From NCBI GenBank assembly GCA_024626585.2, contig JANKJI020000005.1, forward strand, positions 694,459-713,230: a DNA stretch of 18,772 nucleotides. Direction: 5' to 3'. This document shows positions 12,401-18,772 of this stretch, one piece after another (position 1 is the first letter of the stretch; every line of letters starts with the position of its first letter). Made by a program: the position numbers and the translations under genes. Source of the stretch: Ginkgo biloba (lineage: Eukaryota; Plantae; Ginkgophyta). The notes under the pieces are model-generated. The model was not told where the DNA came from, ran no database searches, and saw only the letters and a program-made list of their open reading frames with translations.

Positions 12401-13952
12401 ACATCTTTCAACATCTTTATGATTTCTTCTAACTTTTGTATTAGCTCTTGTGTCCATATAGTGCTTTGAATGGTGACATTTTTGTTGACATGTGGTGCCT
12501 CGTATTATACCACCATTTTGCTAGGTGATTGTTTATCTTCGGTGTAACATCGTAGGTATCCCTCAAGGCATTTATTAACTATTTCGGTTTGTCCGTCCGT
12601 CTGTGGATGATAAGTTGTGCTCATGTTAAATTTCATGCCTACTAACTAAAATTCTTCTTGTCAAAACTTACTCGTGAATCTTGAATCTCGGTCACATGTT
12701 ATTCTTTTAGGAAAGCCGTGATATTTGTATATTTGTTTCATGAATATTTCTGCTAATTGGGTTACCTTGAACTTTGTGCTTATTGGGATAAAGTGCCCGT
12801 AATTAGTTAATCAATCTACTATCACCCATATGTCATCTTTCCCTTATGATAATGGCAATCCTGATATGAAGTCCATTGAAATTTCTTCCCATATTTGTTG
12901 TGGCACATTCAAAGGTTGCAGTGTCCCTGGTGTTTCGACAATATTAGATTTTTGTCTTTGACACGTATCGCACTCGGCTACATGTTGTTCCACATTTTCC
13001 TTCATCCCCTTCCAGAAGAAGTTCCTTCTCATATTTGTATATGTCTTCTTGTTGCCTACATGTCCTGCGCTTGGAACGTTGTGCCCTTCATTCAATGCCC
13101 TTTTTACAAATTCACCTTCTTTACTAAGGGATATTCTATCTTTGTACATGATCATTCCATTTCTAATCTTCCATTTGTTATCTCTTTGGTTGTTGTTGAT
13201 ATCGTCCAGTAGCTTTACGGTGTCCTGGTTCTTACTATATTCCTCGAGGAGATTCTTTATCCATTTTGGTTTGATGGTTGTCATTGCATTGAATTCTACG
13301 TCTTCGTACTTGCGGGAGAGTGCATCTGCCACTATGTTTTCTTTTCCTTTCTTGTATATGATCTCGAAGTCAAATGCTTGAATTTTGTCCACCCACTTAC
13401 GTTGTTCATCCATTAGAGTCTCCTGTTTTAGTAGGTGTTTTAGGCTTTTATGGTCGGTTTCTACTTTGAATTTGCTTCCAAGTAGGTATTGCCTCCATTT
13501 TTCTAATGCGTGCATAATAGCTAGCATTTCCTTCTTGTAAGTTGATATTCTCTTCTTCCTGTCATTGAGTTTTCAACTTTCAAAGGCAATGGGCCTTCCT
13601 TCTTGCATAAGAACTGCCCCGATCCCTATTTTGAATGCATCACATGCTATTGTGAAGGCTTTTGAGAAATTTGGACTTGCTAATACTGGTGTGGTGGTTG
13701 ATGCCCTTTTTAGTTCTTCGAATGTTTTTTTTGCCTTTTCGTTCTAAGTGAATGCATCCTTTTTTGTTAGATCGATAAGTGGTGTTGCTATTGATGTGTA
13801 GTTTCTTACGAACTTCCTATAGAAAATGGTTAACACCAAGAATCCTCTTAGCATATTAATTTTCTTCATGCATTTACCTTTTTATTGATGTAATCAACCC
13901 ATAGTGGGTGGTTCTCATGGAAGTGATTTGTAATCCATCTTATAGCCCCTAC
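348..13952 (-). CDS. Partial multi-exon gene for a Patched-like sterol-sensing-domain RND membrane protein; join(complement 13878-13952, 11744-11890, 11405-11519, 9468-9655, 9240-9359, 9045-9099, 3274-3419, 3010-3100, 559-617, 348-452); 5' and 3' ends not in window
   Basis: Ten exons with canonical AG/GT borders and matching phases splice to 367 aa without a stop: [367 protein letters not shown]. This is collinear with human PTCH1 as recalled from memory ([67 protein letters not shown]). Confidence 0.88.
559..617 (-). CDS. Patched-like gene small exon (luminal loop 2); absent from the ORF track
   Basis: attttggcAG | (G)[19 protein letters not shown] | GTaagc; 59 nt, phase 1-0; bridges the flanking exons in frame and has the length expected from PTCH1 TREYDFIAAQFKYFSFYNM. 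Confidence 0.85.
1290..1545 (+). mobile_element. Possible decayed small LTR element (TRIM-like) internal region
   Basis: PBS-like tcaTGGTATAAAAG at 1305 (cf. tRNA-Met PBS TGGTATCAGAG), polypurine tract AAGAGGGAG followed by TGT at 1487-1498, and a second TGGTATAAAAG at 1524. Confidence 0.35.
3010..3100 (-). CDS. Patched-like gene exon (TM7 and start of luminal loop 2)
   Basis: gttcctgcAG | [31 protein letters not shown] | GTatcc; 91 nt, phase 0-1; resembles PTCH1 [29 protein letters not shown]. Confidence 0.9.
3274..3419 (-). CDS. Patched-like gene exon (cytoplasmic loop and pre-TM7 helix)
   Basis: attctaacAG | (G)LENKG...[24 protein letters not shown] | GTatgc; 146 nt, phase 1-0; resembles PTCH1 [21 protein letters not shown]. 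Confidence 0.88.
4130..4800 (-). pseudogene. Decayed reading frame of unknown, probably transposon, origin
   Basis: One frame reads about 200 codons with only scattered stops ([43 protein letters not shown]...[13 protein letters not shown]...). No family motif recognised and no splice link to the host gene. Confidence 0.35.
9045..9099 (-). CDS. Patched-like gene exon (post-SSD, Cys-containing juxtamembrane segment)
   Basis: gttcggcAG | [19 protein letters not shown] | GTgaga; 55 nt, phase 0-1; positionally equivalent to PTCH1 RRLDIFCCF. Confidence 0.8.
9240..9359 (-). CDS. Patched-like gene exon (SSD TM6)
   Basis: ttgcactgtAG | [14 protein letters not shown]...[13 protein letters not shown] | GTagat; 120 nt, phase 0-0; matches the SSD consensus P-x-x-R-x-F...D-x-R-R. 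Confidence 0.92.
9468..9655 (-). CDS. Patched-like gene exon (TM4 GxxxDD end, loop, TM5)
   Basis: ttgtgtgcAG | (G)IDDIFVL...[21 protein letters not shown] | GTatca; 188 nt, phase 1-0; completes GLGIDD and has the GPS motif typical of SSD TM5. Confidence 0.92.
10190..10407 (+). mobile_element. Degenerate Ty1/copia RNase H fragment
   Basis: [60 protein letters not shown] matches the copia RNase H motifs CDN, FH.RTKHI and Q.AD..TK.L; contains stops and runs into a gap. Confidence 0.92.
11405..11519 (-). CDS. Patched-like gene exon (SSD TM3 to start of TM4)
   Basis: tttattttcAG | [39 protein letters not shown] | GTaaat; 115 nt, phase 0-1; carries the SSD 'PFL' motif. Confidence 0.93.
11744..11890 (-). 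CDS. Patched-like gene exon (pre-SSD helix and TM2)
   Basis: aacattgcAG | KSAEDVIKD...[16 protein letters not shown]...SHTMLVLM | GTgagt; 147 nt, phase 0-0; resembles PTCH1 TLDDILK...SQGAVGLA. Confidence 0.88.
12200..12287 (-). mobile_element. Short Ty3/gypsy reverse-transcriptase fragment
   Basis: [21 protein letters not shown] contains the gypsy RT catalytic (Y/F)xDD motif; abuts an N gap. Confidence 0.85.
12388..13868 (-). mobile_element. Degenerate Ty3/gypsy LTR-retrotransposon pol fragment (RT C-terminus/connection, RNase H, integrase)
   Basis: Translation gives [28 protein letters not shown], then [51 protein letters not shown] (RNase H), then H-x5-GH...CDTCQR (integrase HHCC), [15 protein letters not shown] and [10 protein letters not shown] (DDE core). 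RT-RH-INT order is gypsy. Several in-frame stops; no LTR seen. Confidence 0.95.
13878..13952 (-). CDS. Patched-like gene, first visible exon (end of luminal loop 1)
   Basis: Acceptor ttattttactgcAG, donor aag|GTaaat; 75 nt, phase 0-0; [25 protein letters not shown] joins the next exon in frame. Little motif conservation, so support is mainly splice signals and frame. Confidence 0.72.
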
Positions 13953-14289
13953 CTGCAGTAAAATAAGGTTTTAAGACCTGTAGAATAGACAATGTCTAGT
14001 GTACAAATACCTAATTAACAACACTATAAACCAAAAGTTTATGTTGACCGTTTATTACTAGGAATGCATATATGAGGAAAATGTTACAAGCACAAAGTGC
14101 AAAAAGACACAGGCAGAAATCAGACTACCGAATACATAAATTTGATCAGAAATCACAAATCAGAAATTCACGTTGACCATACAAGTTCTTTATATGTTTA
14201 TTTTTTTAGGGGGGTGGGTTGGAGGGGGTGCTTGCAGGTTAAAAAACACAAATTTTAGAGGGTTTCTGGAGAAGACTGAGATGTATACA

Positions 14290-15604
14290 ATGTATATAAT
14301 GCAGAAAGCTGATGGCAACTTTGCTGGAAAATGCCTTAGGACAGCGGAAGAAGCCTTTTTGGAGTTCATTGGAACATCATTGAAGCTGCCCTGCCTTTTT
14401 CAAGCTTTTGGGATGTTGCATATACAATTAGATGATGCTGAAACTTCATCCTATCTATTTCCATCCAAGACTGGCTACAACAAGTTGAAAAAGGTTTTTG
14501 TGGGGAAACATGGGGTATAACTGATATTGCAGCCCAAGGAGAAGTCTTGGCTGGAAAATGGATAGTCCATTGTGCATAGGGACAGCCCCATGGCAAATCC
14601 TTGTTAGGCACAGGATTCTGACAGCAAAACATTGAATGGGAATCAAAGGACCATTTCATCTTTGTGATGTGCTAGCTGGCATATCTGCCTTCATACTCAC
14701 AGGATCTTAAGTTCTCAAGCAGTTGTGGAGGGCGTGGCAGATCATCTCTACTCAGTTACATTGGAATTTTGAAGGACAGAGAACTGGCTGGGATTTGGCT
14801 TCATGATGTATTTGGACCTTTTCTTTGTCCAAAGGAATGTTGGGCATGCTCCCCAATTTAGCAGGCAAAAGGCTATCAAGAAAAGGACTCTTCTCCTGGA
14901 AGGATCTTTGGGATCGGGAACGTCAGCAATGGTAGAACTGGACAATCCTGAGACGCACTTACAATTTGTCCTGTGTTGATAAGCCAGTTGCATTGGAGTT
15001 ATGTAAAGCTCTTCCATAGGACTGTCTCTTCAAGTTTCAATTTCCGGTTACTGGAATATATTGCAGGGATTGATGATGGAGCAACGACAAGACTTTTTAC
15101 TGTTATGATACTCGCTTCTTGTATCATGCAATTCGATGCGAGAGACCTGTTTCCCCTTGGCTTTATCTCAAGTGGGGAACTTGTGACCCGAAAGAGAGAT
15201 AGCAGAGGAGATTCCATAGTGTATGGAAGGCATAAGCATCATACAAACTTAAGATTCTGGGCTGGCTAGTGATACATCATAGTCTCGCCGTCAAAGATCA
15301 TTTGCATCAAATAGGGTTCACAGACCTGTACTTTGTTATATGTTGAAGGTTGAATCAATTTTACATGTATTCGGGCATTGTCCAATGGCTAGAACCTTGT
15401 GGGGCTGGATCCAGACCGAATATGCAGAATTGTTTGTAATGGCTCAAAGGTGGAAAGGAGTCTTTTTAGGTGACAATTGGATGATCAAAGATACTGGAAA
15501 AAATTTATGGGATACAATAAGGCTTACAGGCATCGCTTTCCTTTGGAAGCAAAGATGTAGTTTGGCATTCCAAGGAAGAAGCGAGGTCTTGCAGCTACAT
15601 GATT
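14290..15604 (+). mobile_element. Degenerate LINE (L1-type non-LTR retrotransposon) ORF2 C-terminal region with zf-RVT zinc finger
   Basis: Frameshifted pieces: FLWG-like segment, GITDIAAQGEVLAGKWIV...PWQIL, then VWKA*ASYKLKILGWLVIHHSLAVKDHLHQIG, ESILHVFGHCPMARTLW and LWKQRCSLAF (W..RN...F consensus). 5' boundary approximate; 3' end lost in the gap. Confidence 0.85.
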
Positions 15605-16275
15605 NNNNNNNNNNNNNNNNNNNNNNNNNNNNNNNNNNNNNNNNNNNNNNNNNNNNNNNNNNNNNNNNNNNNNNNNNNNNNNNNNNNNNNNNNNNNNNNN
15701 NNNNNNNNNNNNNNNNNNNNNNNNNNNNNNNNNNNNNNNNNNNNNNNNNNNNNNNNNNNNNNNNNNNNNNNNNNNNNNNNNNNNNNNNNNNNNNNNNNNN
15801 NNNNNNNNNNNNNNNNNNNNNNNNNNNNNNNNNNNNNNNNNNNNNNNNNNNNNNNNNNNNNNNNNNNNNNNNNNNNNNNNNNNNNNNNNNNNNNNNNNNN
15901 NNNNNNNNNNNNNNNNNNNNNNNNNNNNNNNNNNNNNNNNNNNNNNNNNNNNNNNNNNNNNNNNNNNNNNNNNNNNNNNNNNNNNNNNNNNNNNNNNNNN
16001 NNNNNNNNNNNNNNNNNNNNNNNNNNNNNNNNNNNNNNNNNNNNNNNNNNNNNNNNNNNNNNNNNNNNNNNNNNNNNNNNNNNNNNNNNNNNNNNNNNNN
16101 NNNNNNNNNNNNNNNNNNNNNNNNNNNNNNNNNNNNNNNNNNNNNNNNNNNNNNNNNNNNNNNNNNNNNNNNNNNNNNNNNNNNNNNNNNNNNNNNNNNN
16201 NNNNNNNNNNNNNNNNNNNNNNNNNNNNNNNNNNNNNNNNNNNNNNNNNNNNNNNNNNNNNNNNNNNNNNNNNNN
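15605..16275. other. Largest assembly gap; further gaps near 267, 1965, 5073, 7631, 9112, 10408, 10748, 12288 and 17523
   Basis: Runs of N; many are about 100 nt, suggesting gaps of unknown true size. Confidence 0.99.
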
Positions 16276-17409
16276 AAAAGTTCAACAAAACTTTGAGAGA
16301 TTCTTATTATTTATCATCTTCAAAAGTAAAGTTGACAATAGATGCAGGAAATGATGAGTAAAGATGATAATTGATGAATAATGAAGTATGGTTAAATGCC
16401 TTGTGATAAATTTCACCTATGACTGAAAATGAAATGTTGAGAATGTAATTGTCTCTGATTGAAGATAGATTATAAAGTGCTTATTGTAGAGAAGAAATGA
16501 GCATTATTTTTTTATCCTTATAACTCCTCAAGAAAGGAGAGAGTTTATTATTTCTATGCAGGTAGATTGCAGGATGAAAAATCTAAGTTTTGACCACTAG
16601 AAAAAGGTGGTAGATTGATCGTGAATGTTTGACAAGGATGAATGCTTGATTGAATTCAAAGGTTTGATGATTGAAAATAAAGCAGAGTATCAAGTAAAAG
16701 TAGAAATACTCAATAAGGATTGCAAAGCTCCAAAAAACCTAAACCAATATAAAGCACCAATGTTTGATGACAAGTGGAGGCCAAAACGAGTGAGGCAGTG
16801 TCTAGTTTAAAATCCCATTCCTCCATATTACCATGCCAATTGGTACACATATGGGAGGGTAGTTGTGTACTTACTAGAAATGTGTTTTGGACTCTTATTG
16901 CTTCGAATCCAACAAGAGTCTTTTACTAGAATTGACGAGTCCTCTTTGGGATTGAGGGGTGTTGAAGTGTCGTCTTATCATGGAATGATTGTCTCCTTGC
17001 ACTTTAAGTACAACCTTGGTGTTCTCACGAATCAACATTGTTTGATGCCACCTCCCAACAATGGAGGGAGGTTACACGGTGTGGAATTCCATTACTTACA
17101 TCATGTTTATTATGACCACCAAAATTCACATAAAGCAATATGAAGCTTACCAACTGGGTTTCCAACTCTTATTCTACTCCACCTAGTAGTTCTTATGTCT
17201 TGTTCAGCTCAACAAATCCTATCCTAGGGATTTTGCTCGAGTTGCTAGCAATTAGCTTGAATTTTCTTGAAATTGCTTCAACAATTTTAACACTTATCAA
17301 GTCTTCTTCAATATGGCCCTCTATCTTGTTTACACTTGTTTACAAGTTGATTGGAACCCAAAAATCAGCAACAAAAGTTTGGCAAAAACAGTAAAAAATA
17401 GTTAGTTAT

Positions 17410-17902
17410 CGTTTGTCGAATGATTGTGCACTATTTGCTGCAATTGTATATCATTCGTTGGCCCATTCGTTGCTGTTTGTCAAGGATAAAGACTCGTTCG
17501 CTAAACAATTAGTTAGTCCAATNNNNNNNNNNNNNNNNNNNNNNNNNNNNNNNNNNNNNNNNNNNNNNNNNNNNNNNNNNNNNNNNNNNNNNNNNNNNNN
17601 NNNNNNNNNNNNNNNNNNNNNNGTCTGACTGACTGCTTGGTATGTTATGTGCTTATAATTTATTATGTTATTTCATTACTAGATTTGTAAATCACTAACT
17701 TAGTGGTTGGGTTGAAAGACCAGACTATTACATTTAGGGGAGGGGGTAGATAGCATCTATTTTGTGGTTAGCCCCAACATTTTGTATAAGTCAAGAGTAA
17801 CTTTAAACAACTTAAGACATAGTGGGGCAATAAGACGTTGAAGGATGACTAACGAACGATAGTTGAACAATGCCCAAACATCCAAGAACCACTCGACAAA
17901 CG
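17410..17902. repeat. Imperfect inverted repeat with AACGA/TCGTT-type submotifs, possibly DNA-transposon subterminal sequence
   Basis: cgtttgtcgaatgatt (17410-17425) is the reverse complement of aaccactcgacaaacg (17887-17902) at 14/16 positions. The left arm is rich in tcgtt and the right arm in aacga. Confidence 0.4.
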
Positions 17903-18772
17903 TTTAACAAATTATGGATGGAAATGTTCATTTAGTTTGCATTTGTTATGAGTGGTAGTCATTGGGATTCGATACATCAATCGTCACCAATGACCCCCCA
18001 CCACCTTGTATAGAGTTTCCAACTAGCTATAGAGGGTCCCCCATCATTTTCATTGGTATGATCATCATTGTACTCATTGTCTGATCTTTGGATGATCCAC
18101 TTGTATCTTCATCCCACATATTAAACATATTAATGAGAATCTCTTGTTGCTATTGACTCCCAATGTCTTACTAATTTGTATGATCTATTTGGTATCTAGA
18201 ATGTTTTTGCAATCTCAATTTTATTCTAGATTCATAACTTCAAAATTTGTACTCAGCATCTAGCGTTGTTGTCAGCCCACACTGAACATAGGATTTCTCA
18301 ATCACGGGTGGTGACATTAGTTGTGATCGAGATTGGAAGAGAATATGAATTCGGTAGTTAGATCTGTGATTAGCATCACCATCCCCTCACATTAGCGGTG
18401 CAATGGATGACGAATTGACAAAGTTGATATTCACCTATGGTGGATCCGAATCGTTGTAGATTATGTTTTGGCCAAAGTGAACAACAACCAACAAACTATG
18501 TTCGAATTTGAAGGCAATTTCTTTAACAATAAAGTTGAATGAATTTTTTCCATGGTTCCAACTTTGTTGCCTCAACAAACATAAGAAATCGAAAGGAGAA
18601 GGATAATTGCACCAATGGCAGCCCGATTAAGTGAGGTGCAACTGCTCGAACAAACCTACATGTATGGCTAATGGTCAACAATCATTGTGCAATGTTCTTC
18701 ACCTCGCTTTCCACAATAACACACAAAAAGAGAACTCCAAACTTAGACAAATGCAAAGAGAACACAAGATAA

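Noticed and set aside
12895-13381. Plus-strand ORFs of 105-110 aa
   Set aside because: Antisense shadows of the gypsy pol frame.
348-13952. Calling the gene NPC1, HMGCR/SCAP, or assigning the symbol PTCH1
   Set aside because: TM4 reads GIDD rather than NPC1 GVDN, and a second RND half follows the SSD, which excludes HMGCR and SCAP. Orthology to PTCH1 needs a phylogeny, so no symbol is given.
14208-14230. G-rich tract resembling a G-quadruplex
   Set aside because: Short simple-sequence run next to a LINE relic with no evidence of function.
15340-16354. Long ORFs of 251-318 aa in the ORF track
   Set aside because: Artefacts of translating through N gaps; only the LINE portion before 15604 is real sequence.
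16276-18772. Upstream exons of the Patched-like gene or a coding transposase
   Set aside because: I found no open minus-strand segment with good splice sites and Patched similarity, and all frames are interrupted. Upstream exons probably lie in a gap or beyond the window.
1-18772. Prokaryotic systems (CRISPR arrays, operons) and rRNA/tRNA genes
   Set aside because: No regularly spaced repeats, operon structure or structural-RNA signatures; spliceosomal introns and retroelements show the DNA is eukaryotic nuclear.

Overview
Eukaryotic, AT-rich draft-assembly window with many N gaps and repeat-rich introns. The Ty3/gypsy, Ty1/copia and LINE relics look plant-type (the gypsy protein resembles gymnosperm elements as I recall them; host assignment is inference). 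The main content is the middle of a spliced minus-strand gene that the ORF track captures only in pieces. I reconstructed 10 GT-AG exons (13952->348; 1101 nt, 367 codons, all phases compatible, no stops). They encode the end of luminal loop 1, a full sterol-sensing domain (TM2-TM6), the cytoplasmic loop, TM7 and the start of luminal loop 2 of an RND-superfamily protein. Diagnostic motifs ([48 protein letters not shown]) are closer to animal Patched (PTCH1) than to NPC1, the SSD/RND type normally described in plants. Both ends of the gene lie outside the window or in gaps. The introns hold a degraded gypsy pol, a copia RNase H fragment, a LINE ORF2 3' relic and several unassigned decayed elements.
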